Assembly (NCBI GenBank): GCA_001643675.2 | Contig: LSRY02000042.1 | Location: forward strand, 186,001-250,000 | Source of the DNA: Monocercomonoides exilis PA203 | Lineage: Eukaryota > Protista > Preaxostyla | Direction: 5' to 3' | Length of the DNA stretch: 64,000 nucleotides | Position numbers and translations under genes: made by a program | Notes under the pieces: model-generated | Seen by the model: the letters and a program-made list of their open reading frames with translations, nothing else | The model's database searches: none | Told to the model about the DNA's origin: nothing | Part shown: one piece after another, positions 50,398 to 61,834 of the stretch | How positions within the stretch are numbered: position 1 is the first letter of the stretch | Layout of the letters: each line of letters starts with the position of its first letter

Positions 50398-52115
50398 TTT
50401 TGGCAGAGAATTTCATCAAAAAAACAACATCATTTATATCATTCATATTGTAAGCGTGTGTGTGTGGATAAAAGAAACAGTCGAAAAACAAAAAACTCAA
50501 AAAGACCAGAGTAAATTATGTGTTTATACTGTTTTCTCTTTGGTTGACATTCTGGCAAAGGATTATGAAGATAAACAATGCTTTTTCTATTTTTCGTTTT
50601 TTGTAATGGATTCAATGATCAAATTTTCATCTTTGAAATGGAATATTCCATTCACAGATTGAGAGTACGGTGAGTGAACGTTACCTATAGAACTAGAAAT
50701 ATCATTTTTGGTGGAGACAACTACAATGGTGGAATGCAATATTTTTGAAATTCTGTTGGATGATTTTTGTCAATTGGATGGCCAACGTGAATGCAACAAT
50801 TTCATCAATTACACAAAAGGACATAATGTATGTATTTTGTATTGTTCTATATATTGTGAAGATATTTCCATCTGTATCCTTTCCAAAGCCCAGGAATGTG
50901 AGTTATTGTTGAAATGGCCAATCTCCGCTTTGTGGAGCAACACGATGAGAATGGAGCTGATTGTGAAATAGCCATTGGGAAATAAATGAAGTTACACAAG
51001 ATGCATGATTTTCATTATTTTTTATTTGGAACAAGAGGTGAAAACAAATTCGACTGTTATATTACAAAATATCGATTTTTGAATGGAATTCTGTGAAGGA
51101 CAAAATCTGCACAATATGATATAGAATTTAGAATATAAGGCGATGGAGAAGCTTTTTATACAAGGAAAATGGATGGCCAAATGGAAAGCTGGACATTTAT
51201 TACGAAAAAAAAAGGCCAAGAAACCTGAGCGAAGCAACAAGGCAGGAGATCGGCAGCATCAACTTGGGCGATACGAGTTTTCCGACTTTTTGGAGGGGAA
51301 AAAGTTTGCTGTTCTTTTTGGCATTTTTCACAAGCGAAGTGCAGTTTTGCTTGTGATTGAGCTGCTGAAGCGAGGACGATGGCCAGCAGCTTCTGTTTTT
51401 GCACACGGCAATGCGAAGAATCACACGACAAATAAAACGAGCTTGATTTTGTTTCATGTCTTGCGCCTTTTGTGGCATTTGCTGGAGGGTCAGACAGAAG
51501 TCTTGATGCTTTGATTTCACAATTCGCTTTTGATGATTTGAAATGTCAATGCTCTTCTGTTGCTTCATCATCGTCACCAACATCCTCTTCATTTTCTTCA
51601 TTTTCTTCATTTTCTTCCTCCTCCTCTTCTTTCACTCTCATTTATTGCATCCATTTCGCTCATCGTCTTTATCACCTCCCACTTCTTCTTTCAACAATTC
51701 ACATATTTCTTCATCCTCATCTTTCATTTTCTTCAATCTTTGCATTCCCTTTCAGTTTCCACTGGAGAGCATCAATTTTTCTTCTCATTCATTTTGATCT
51801 CACAAATCGTCTATTTGTTCGCAAGGTGTTTTATTTCTCTTCATTTGCATGATGAAATCAGATGGAATGTGGGAATACAAGGAAAGAAGCATTGAAACAA
51901 AAGACTGCTCAAAAGAGCAAAGAGGAGAGTTTGAAAGAGACAATGAATGAACAATCGAATGTTTGTTTGACTCTCAAAAAACTTGTGTGCAAACAATTGA
52001 TTAAAAAAGATATTTATTCGAAAAGAAATGATGAAAATGGAAAATTTGTTAATGTTATCTTTTTATTTTATTTTTGTTGTTGTTGCTTCTTCATTTCATC
52101 AAAATGAAGTGGAAT
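50098..52115. repeat. Left arm of a ~2.0-kb near-identical inverted duplication
   Basis: Identical ORF translations on opposite strands (51143..51514 + = 55213..55584 -; 51862..52107 + = 54630..54875 -). The arms differ by ~10 nt of indels. Confidence 0.95.
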
Positions 52116-52231
52116 TAATAAATATAATAATTCAAAAGAAGATTCAAAAACAATTTGTTTTCTATTCTGCGAATAGATGAAAAATAAAAAATTATAATTT
52201 TGAGTTACAAGGCCAAATTCATTTCATTTGG

Positions 52232-53702
52232 TTAAACATAAATAAAATAATCATAAACATTCAAAGACAATTTAGAAGAATGGGATTTTTTTTGATGAAA
52301 ATTAAATGTTTTATGAAAGCTTAAAATGCAATCTTCATATCCTTCCTCTTCCATCTTTTCAAACACTTTCCTTTTCAACCTTTTTCTTTTCGCTTCTTCA
52401 AATGGAAAGCCCTCCTTTTCATTCAATCTTCTTGAAGCATACACATAAAATTCCAAACCTTTACATGCCATTTTGTCATCCAATGTTGATTTGTGAAACT
52501 GCTCCAAAATAACATCATCAGCCCCACTCCCCCACAAATCATAAATTTTCACGCCGTTGCTTTCGGATGCTGCTTCAAATACATCAATGCACAACCGGCA
52601 TATTTTTCTGAAATAATCCTTCACTGCTTGATACACTTTTGCAACGTTGCATAAAAGTACAAGAAATTCTAAATTCCACAATTTGCATAAGCAAAAATAT
52701 AACCCCAAAATTTGGAGCCATCTCATCAAAAGAGACATTTCTTCCGTTTTTTGCACCTTTTCTTTCTCTTCCTTTATCTGATAATCAACACATTTCGTCA
52801 GCTCATCCAGTTCTCTTGCTGCTTCTCTCGCAAAATGAAGTTCATTCAACTCAACTTCTTCAAATGGTTCTTCTCCTGTGTGAAATCGTCTACCGACTCT
52901 AAATCTTCTCATATAGTTATAATTATAGAATTTGCGTACCAAAATTTCCCAAGCAGATTGATACGCAAGACAAGTCAGATTGTGATGCATCTGATGATAT
53001 TTAACAATTCTTTTGATTTTATTCAAATACAGCTCTTCGTCGAGTTTCTTATAAAAATATATTAAAAAAAACCACAATGATTTCAAAAATGAAAAAGAAT
53101 TACTCAAACATTATTTCCAATATTGCTCAAAGCCAGCAAAGCCATTTCCACCTCTTTTTGCGTTACTTCGTTTTCATCTTTCTTCAAGGCAACTTTCAGA
53201 AGGCAAGGCATAAAGAGCCATTTCAAGAACGGAGAATGATCTTTATATAGTGTGAGATAGCATTCGCAAAGATCAACCAGAAGATTATCATTCCTTTCTT
53301 CATTCTTCTTTTTAGATTCAGAAATCATAGCATTTTGGATTTTTCCGCTCAACGAGGACTTTTCGAAAACATCAATCCATGGGCCTTTCATTATTTTGCA
53401 ATATCCCAGGCGCTTCAACAATAAATACACATTTTTCAAAGATATTTTCTTTTCATCAATCATTTTGGATATTCTATTGAACAAGTCAGTTGTGAAAACA
53501 AATCTGAATTCTTTACAATTCATATGTTTCATCAGTTCGTTCAGTTCAATGATTTTTTGTCTTTGATCTTCTTCGCTGCAATCTTCCAGCTCATTTAACA
53601 ATTCTTCATTAAAAAACAAAGAAAGAAATGAAATAATCAAATATAAGCATGCAAAGATGATTGCAAACCAATTCCCTTTTTTGCATTGCCTGTCTCCTGC
53701 AT
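52232..53702 (-). CDS. Helical family copy 7 (3 exons), in the spacer of the inverted duplication
   Basis: MQETGNAKKGI exon 1 plus ORFs 53104..53640 and 52232..53107. Carries an extra insertion (YNYMRRFRVGRRFHTG) before NELHFAREAARE. Confidence 0.85.
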
Positions 53703-54026
53703 TTTTGAAAATTCATTTTATTCAGAAAATAATTCCATTTTAATAATTCATATTGCGTTCGCATTCATTTGAATCAAAAAAACAGTCGAAAAATATAAAC
53801 GCAAAATAGTCATAATAATACAAGCATTCACACAACCCACGCACATATTGACATTTTCAATTTGGAATTCCAAAGGCAATGAACGCTTTGTCTATTTTGT
53901 TTGTTATAATGGTAGCTATGATCGTAATTAACTTTGGGCTTTTCTTTTTTATCGAAATTTTTGAAAGTTAAATAAGTTTGAGAGAGACATTATTTCTTAT
54001 CTCTATTCAAATACAAAATACTTTTA

Positions 54027-54288
54027 TTAACAAATGAAAAATTGAATATGGTCGATCCTTTTTGAAATCACACTTTCGTTTGAGTTGAGATTTATGTTTT
54101 AATCACAATGGAATTTTGAAAAAAATGAGTTGAAATTGGGAACACTTATTATTTTATGATATCGCAAATGTAAAAACAAATTTTGACACAAATCCCATTG
54201 AGATTGAAATTTTGATCAAAACGAGAAAAAAAGCATGATTTCAAAAAGGATCGACAGTATTCTAGTATAATTCGATTTCAATTGTTAA
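54027..54288. mobile_element. Decayed foldback/MITE-like palindrome, ~260 bp
   Basis: Exact 20-bp inverted repeat gtcgatcctttttgaaatca (54051-54070 / 54236-54255), with weaker symmetry inside and outside it. Confidence 0.65.
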
Positions 54289-54621
54289 ATGATGGCACGA
54301 TCAGAAAAGAGAAAATTGTTGTTTCTTTCTTATGCAGTTAAGATAGTTTGTTTTAGATATTTCTATTTTTAATTCTGAACAAAAATCATTTTGTATGAAT
54401 TCTGTTGCGAATTCATTTAACTAGATAATTCTTGATATTTGATTTATTGATATTTTATATTTCTTTGTAACTGCTTTTCCATTGAATTTTGGATTTTGCA
54501 ACGGAAAGAATGGAAATGTTAAAAGACAAGGCAGAATATGATGACTTTGAAAATATCACCAATTCATTTGTTTTCAGGTTTGAATTTTTTTTTTACGATT
54601 TTGTCAAAAATTAAATTATTT

Positions 54622-56629
54622 ATTCCACTTCATTTTGATGAAATGAAGAAGCAACAACAACAAAAATAAAATAAAAAGATAACATTAACAAATTTTCCAT
54701 TTTCATCATTTCTTTTCGAATAAATATCTTTTTTAATCAATTGTTTGCACACAAGTTTTTTGAGAGTCAAACAAACATTCGATTGTTCATTCATTGTCTC
54801 TTTCAAACTCTCCTCTTTGCTCTTTTGAGCAGTCTTTTGTTTCAATGCTTCTTTCCTTGTATTCCCACATTCCATCTGATTTCATCATGCAAATGAAGAG
54901 AAATAAAACACCTTGCGAACAAATAGACGATTTGTGAGATCAAAATGAATGAGAAGAAAAATTGATGCTCTCCAGTGGAAACTGAAAGGGAATGCAAAGA
55001 TTGAGAAAATGAAAGATGAGGATGAAGAAATATGTGAATTGTTGAAAGAAGAAGTGGGAGGTGATAAAGACGATGAGCGAAATGGATGCAATAAATGAGA
55101 GTGAAAGAAGAGGAGGAGGAAGAAAATGAAGAAAATGAAGAGGATGTTGGTGACAATGATGAAGCAACAGAAGAGCATTGACATTTCAAATCATCAAAAG
55201 CGAATTGTGAAATCAAAGCATCAAGACTTCTGTCTGACCCTCCAGCAAATGCCACAAAAGGCGCAAGACATGAAACAAAATCAAGCTCGTTTTATTTGTC
55301 GTGTGATTCTTCGCATTGCCGTGTGCAAAAACAGAAGCTGCTGGCCATCGTCCTCGCTTCAGCAGCTCAATCACAAGCAAAACTGCACTTCGCTTGTGAA
55401 AAATGCCAAAAAGAACAGCAAACTTTTTCCCCTCCAAAAAGTCGGAAAACTCGTATCGCCCAAGTTGATGCTGCCGATCTCCTGCCTTGTTGCTTCGCTC
55501 AGGTTTCTTGGCCTTTTTTTTTCGTAATAAATGTCCAGCTTTCCATTTGGCCATCCATTTTCCTTGTATAAAAAGCTTCTCCATCGCCTTATATTCTAAA
55601 TTCTATATCATATTGTGCAGATTTTGTCCTTCACAGAATTCCATTCAAAAATCGATATTTTGTAATATAACAGTCGAATTTGTTTTCACCTCTTGTTCCA
55701 AATAAAAAATAATGAAAATCATGCATCTTGTGTAACTTCATTTATTTCCCAATGGCTATTTCACAATCAGCTCCATTCTCATCGTGTTGCTCCACAAAGC
55801 GGAGATTGGCCATTTCAACAATAACTCACATTCCTGGGCTTTGGAAAGGATACAGATGGAAATATCTTCACAATATATAGAACAATACAAAATACATACA
55901 TTATGTCCTTTTGTGTAATTGATGAAATTGTTGCATTCACGTTGGCCATCCAATTGACAAAAATCATCCAACAGAATTTCAAAAATATTGCATTCCACCA
56001 TTGTAGTTGTCTCCACCAAAAATGATATTTCTAGTTCTATAGGTAACGTTCACTCACCGTACTCTCAATCTGTGAATGGAATATTCCATTTCAAAGATGA
56101 AAATTTGATCATTGAATCCATTACAAAAAACGAAAAATAGAAAAAGCATTGTTTATCTTCATAATCCTTTGCCAGAATGTCAACCAAAGAGAAAACAGTA
56201 TAAACACATAATTTACTCTGGTCTTTTTGAGTTTTTTGTTTTTCGACTGTTTCTTTTATCCACACACACACGCTTACAATATGAATGATATAAATGATGT
56301 TGTTTTTTTGATGAAATTCTCTGCCAAAAATGCAGGAGACATGCAACACAAAAAAATTCACTGGTGTGCATTCACTGTTTCATTGAATTCTTATTGATTG
56401 GATTTATTTCTTTGCTTTTTGAAGAATTGTTTTCCCAGTTGAGCTACAGCTCAGATGATGAACAAAGAGAGAAAATTGAAGAAATGAATGAAGTGATGGG
56501 AAAAATGAACAAAGAAGAATTTATGTCTGTTTTTACGAAAGATCTGTCCAATAGAATGAAGGAAATGACTGATGAAAAGATACTTTCGATGGAGAATGCC
56601 ATTTTGCTGTTGAAGCATGTAGGATATTG
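54622..56629. repeat. Right arm of the inverted duplication
   Basis: Reverse complement of 50098-52115. Confidence 0.95.
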
Positions 56630-57824
56630 GAAAGTGCTGAAATGCATTTATGATTTTGAAGTTAGTGATATTTTTTTGAGTGATCGATTTCAGGAAATGA
56701 TCATTGATGAAGAAGAGAAAAAAGAAGGAAAAAATGAAAAGCTTCTTGTTGATCTTTGCGAGTGCTATCTTTCACTTAGCGACATGACATTTTTTAAAAT
56801 ACATTCAATTTGTATACCCTGTCTTCTGAAAGTTGCAATGAGGAAAGAGGAAAACGAGGAAGCTCAGAAAGAAGTGGAAATGGCTTTGCTGGCTTTGAGT
56901 GTTATTGACGCATATTTTGTATGTTCACTTTCATTTTCTTTTTGATGTTATTGAAACGTTTTTCTTTTTCTTTTTCTTTTTCTTTTTCTTTTCTTTTCTT
57001 TTTTCTTTCTTTTTTCTTTCTTTTTTCTTTTTCTTTTCTTTTCTTTTTTTTATCAGCCAATCTATCAAGAACTTTATTTGAATGAACTAAAAGAGATTGT
57101 TAAATATCATCAGGAACATCACAATCTGACACGAATTGCCTATCAATCAGCTTGGAAGTTTTTAATTAAAAGAATAATCTTTGCTAAAAGTTTGGTAGAT
57201 GTCGTTGTGAATGAGCTGCATTTTGCGAGAGAATCAAGAAGAGAACTGGAAGAGCTGACAAGATACATTGATAGGAAGAAAGAGAAAGAAGAGGATAAAA
57301 AAGGAAAAGAAGTCAAAGAAGTGCATATCATAGGGGGATGGCTATATATGTTGAAGTCTTTTTTCCTTTTCTTCCGATTGAGGAAAGAAGGACTTCTTAT
57401 GCCTTTAAGCAGTGTTGTTCATATGTATCGAGCAGCAAGAGAAAATTACGGAGAAATTAGCGAACAGTGCATTAGTGTAATTAAAACAGCAGCAGGCAAC
57501 AGAGATATGAAAATTTATGGCTTGCTGAAAATAGGAGCTATCGATGCTTTTTTGGAGGAGATACAGCAGCCAACGTTGAATGACGAGGTTATATTTGATT
57601 GCTTGAATTTTTTTTTGAATGTTTCAAATCGATTGAAAGAAAAAACAGATAATGAAATGGAAGAAGCGAAAAGAAAGGCAACGAAAAGGAAAGTGCTTGA
57701 AAAGATGGAAGAAGAAGGATATGAAGACTTTATCATCGGCTTTCATAAAAAATTGTTTTATTTTAATAATGATTTATATTATCAACTATCGTTGAATGTT
57801 TCTGATTATTTTGTGAATGTTTGA
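56330..57824 (+). CDS. Helical family copy 8 (3 exons)
   Basis: MQETCNTKKFT exon 1. ORFs 56364..56945 and 57078..57824 carry the family motifs. Confidence 0.87.
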
Positions 57825-58085
57825 AGAAATGAAACTCATTTTGTGGCAGAAATCATTCCTTCCCATTTATCTATTTATCTATTTATCTATTTCTAACTCC
57901 AAATTGATATTTTTCTTTTTTTTAATTTCACAATTCAACAAGTATTTGAAGATTATTTATTTATTTATTTTTTATTTCGTATTTTGAAAGGCAAATTTTC
58001 ATAGAAATTATTTGAAAAAACTTTTTTTTTTTTTGGGATAGGAATAAATGACAAATAAACAATGAATGGTTAATACGATCTTAAA

Positions 58086-59521
58086 ATGGGCTGTGGTGCT
58101 TCGGCTTCTGATCCTATTGGAGACAAATATAAAACGATAAAAGAAGTTTATTTTAATTTTTTTTTGCTGTTTGTACATAAGGATTATTTTATTCATAAAG
58201 GTTCAACAAGCTTTGCGAAAGTCTGGACTTGAATCTTCAAATATTGTTTTTGGAATTGATTACACAAAGTCAAACATGTTTAATGTTTGGACCAATTTAG
58301 TTTCTTTGTATGTTCATTTGTATTTTAGGGGGAAAGATCTTTTCAAAATCGAAGTCTACATGATATGACGGTAAAAAATCCATATGTTGAAGTTATTGAA
58401 ATTCTTGGTGAGACAATGGAAGTTTTTGATGGTTTTTTCTTTATTCAGTTTTATTTTAAAAATATTTTTCTTCTTCATTTATCCTATTTCTTTATAAAGA
58501 CGATCATTTGATTCCTGCATTTGGATTTGGAGATTCATTCACTACGTATGAAAGCCACATAAATTTTATTTATTGAAATAATTTCGTTTTTTCACCACAG
58601 AGATAAATCTTGTTTTCCGTTTTACCCTGATAGAGTTGCTCATGGATTTCCTGAAGTTCTTGACAGATATAAACAAATTACACCAGGAATAAATCTTTCT
58701 GGCCCAACAAATTTTGCACCTGTTATTAGAGAAACAATTGAAATTGTCAAAAAGACAAAAGCCGTTTGACTTTTATTGAAAAAAATATTTCCGTTTTATG
58801 ATCATTTTAATTATAAATAAAAATGCTTTTTTTTGTTTTTATTTTTTGTATTCCATTAAGTATCACATTCTGTTTCTTGTAACTGATGGCGAATGCACAA
58901 ATGTTCGTGACACAGTGGATGCGATCGTTGCGGCTTCGCATTATCCAATCTCCATTGTCTGTATTGGTGTTGGTGACGGTCCTTGGTATGCTGAATTTAT
59001 TGAGAATTTCTTAAAAAATGTTTTTTATTTAACCAAAAATTATATTTTAATAAATAAAATACTTTTTTTTTAAAAAAATTTTTTTTCTTTAATTTTATTT
59101 ATTTATTTCTTTTATTTATTTCTTTTATTAATTTATTTTTATTTATTTTATTATTTTGGTTTTATTATTTTGAACTTTGAAAATTTTATATGGCTACGAT
59201 TGATTGACAGGGACACAATGGAAAAGTTTGATAATCAAATACCCCAAAGGCAGTTCGATAATGTTTGCAATAATTATTTCTATTTAGTCATGTTATAATA
59301 ATTATTTGTTTGTTAACTTAAAAAATAATATTTATCTTCTTCTTCTTCTCTTCTTCTTCTTTATCTTTATCTTTATTTCTTTCTTTCTCTCTCTCTTTCT
59401 CTCTTTCTCTCTTTCTCTCTTTCTCTCTTTCTCTCTTTCTCTCTTTCTCTCTTTCTCTCTTTCTCTCTTTCTCTCTTTCTCTCTTTCTCTCTTTCTCTCT
59501 TTCTTTTCTTTCTGTTTCTAA

Positions 59522-59566
<45 letters not shown>

Positions 59567-59750
59567 TCTCTCTTTTTTTTTTCCTTTCAATTTCTATCTT
59601 TCTTATCTCTTAGTTCCAATTTGTGGAATTTATGAAGATAAGAAAGAGAAATTGCGAGGCATTTCCACCTGCTTTTGCAATGAATTGTCTTATGGAGATA
59701 CCTGAACAGTATGCTTTATTGTGAAATTGTTATTATCTTCAAAATTTTTA

Positions 59751-59781
<31 letters not shown>

Positions 59782-59975
59782 AAATTTTATTAATAAATAA
59801 ATATGTTTCTTTTCTTCGTTTTATTTTTTTATTTTTTTATTTTTCTATTTTTCTATTTCTATTTTTTTTTTTTTTTTTTTATCATTTTATTTCTTTCTTT
59901 CTTTCTTCTTTATTTTTTTCACCTAAAACTTTGATCAGATTCAAACGCATCAAAAAACTTGGATTGCTTGGGTAG
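58086..59975 (+). CDS. Copine-type vWA domain protein (RGLG-like, no C2 or RING), N-terminal MGCGAS; 9 exons
   Basis: Spliced: MGCGASASDPIGDKYKTIKE|VQQALRKSGLESSNIVFGIDYTKSN...NPY...IPAFGFGD...LSGPTNFAPVI...YHILFLVTDG...ASHYPISIVCIGVGDGPW|DTMEKFDNQIPQRQFDN|FQFVEF...LMEIPEQ|FKRIKKLGLLG*. Confidence 0.92.
59380..59575. repeat. (CTCTCTTT)n and (CT)n microsatellite inside a copine intron
   Basis: Directly visible. Confidence 0.95.
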
Positions 59976-61431
59976 AATTAACTCTTGTTGCATATTTTGT
60001 TAGAATTAAATTTTTTTCCTCTTTTAAAAATGAGTATATTACAGTTGTTATTCGTATTTTCTTTTCTTTTTTCTTTCTTTCTTTCTTTCTTTCTTTCTAT
60101 TTTATTTTATTTTAAATAAAAAACGAGTAATTATTCCATTCTTAACTATTCTATTTCTATTTCTATTTCTATTTCTTATTCTTATTCATATTCTTATTCT
60201 TATTCTTTTTTGTATAATTTATAGTTAATATTTTTTTTTAAAAAAAATCCATTGTATTTTATGAATTTTGGATTAGCTTTTGTTATTTAGAATATCTTTT
60301 TCTTTTTCTTTAAAGCAACCATTTATTTTATTTGAACCCAGACAATTATTTATATTATTTGAAATCGAAGAAAGAAAGAAAGAAAAATATATAATGAAAT
60401 AAATTAAATAATTAAATAATTGTTATGTTTTGATTGAATTGTTTTTTTGAAGAAATACACACGTCAAAATGTGCATTGTTTTGAGATATTCCCCTAATTG
60501 CTTACAATCTTAATTTTGGATTTCTTCCAATTAAATTTTTCTTTTTTAAAATTTATTAATGTTTTAAATTAAAAAGATAAATCTCAGTGAAAAAACAATT
60601 AATAAAAAAAAAAAACAAATATAATAAAGAAAGAGAGAGAGAAAAAAAGAAAGGAAATAAATAAAAAAAAAAGAATAGAAAACAAACAGAAAAATCAATT
60701 CATTTGAGAAGAAAATAATTTTTATTGAAACAAAAAAATGAATCGAAATGATGAAAGAAACAGTTAAAACAAGTGAAAAATGTTTTTTTAAAAAAATAAT
60801 TGATAAATTACAATCCCTCGAAAAACAATATATTTTATTCTTGATGAAGAATTAACAGGAATAAAAAAGAGAAAGAGAAAGAGAATAAAAATTGAAAAAT
60901 AAAGGAATAAAATAAAACAGTTCTAATACAAAATATAAATTCACTGTATCAGTTCAATAACTCTATAAACATCTCAAATAAGAACATAATATTCCAAAGA
61001 AAAATAATAAAAAAATAAATTGGAAAAAAAATGAGAAATAATTTTTTTTTATTTCTGGAGTGAAACAAAAACAAGAGCCAATTACAGATAGAAAAGAAAA
61101 TAACATTAACCTTATGAATAATAAATTCATTAAGTAATAATCTTTTCTTTCTTATTTTTCAATTATTTTTTTTTAAAAATAATCACAATATTATTATTAA
61201 ATGAAAACAAAATTGAAATTAAGTGGAAATAAAAATTCAAGAAAAATATCAAAAATGAAATAAAATAAAGCAAAATAACCCAAACAAACAAACTATAAAT
61301 TAATAATTTCAAATTGAAAACAAACAAATTCTTGAAAAAAAAATAAAAAAAAATTATACTTCATTTTTAATCTTTCATTTTTTTTCTTTTATTCTTCATT
61401 TATTTATAAATTAATGGATTTATTTAAAATC

Positions 61432-61462
<31 letters not shown>

Positions 61463-61480
61463 TTCATTTATTCATTTTTT

Positions 61481-61797
61481 TCATTCATTCAATGAAGCAA
61501 GCGTATCAATAATATCTCTCTGATACTGCGGCTTAATAATACGAGGCTTTTGCGAATGAATTTTTGAAATGGGAAGAGAAAGAGAAGAAGAAGGAAAAGA
61601 GGAAGAAGAAGAGGAGGAGGAAGAAGAAGAAGAAGAAGATGATGATGATAACGAAATAATTTCATTATCCAATGTTGAATGAATGTTTGAAATGTTATTT
61701 GAACTAAGTTCATTTTGAAATGGAAGAGAAGAAGAAGAGGAAGAAGAGGAAGAAGAAGAGGAGGAAGAAGAAGAAAGAAGAGAAGAAGGTGAAATGA

Positions 61798-61834
<37 letters not shown>

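Noticed and set aside
50366-52107. Identical short ORFs on both arms taken as conserved genes
   Set aside because: Their identity reflects recent DNA duplication, not selection.
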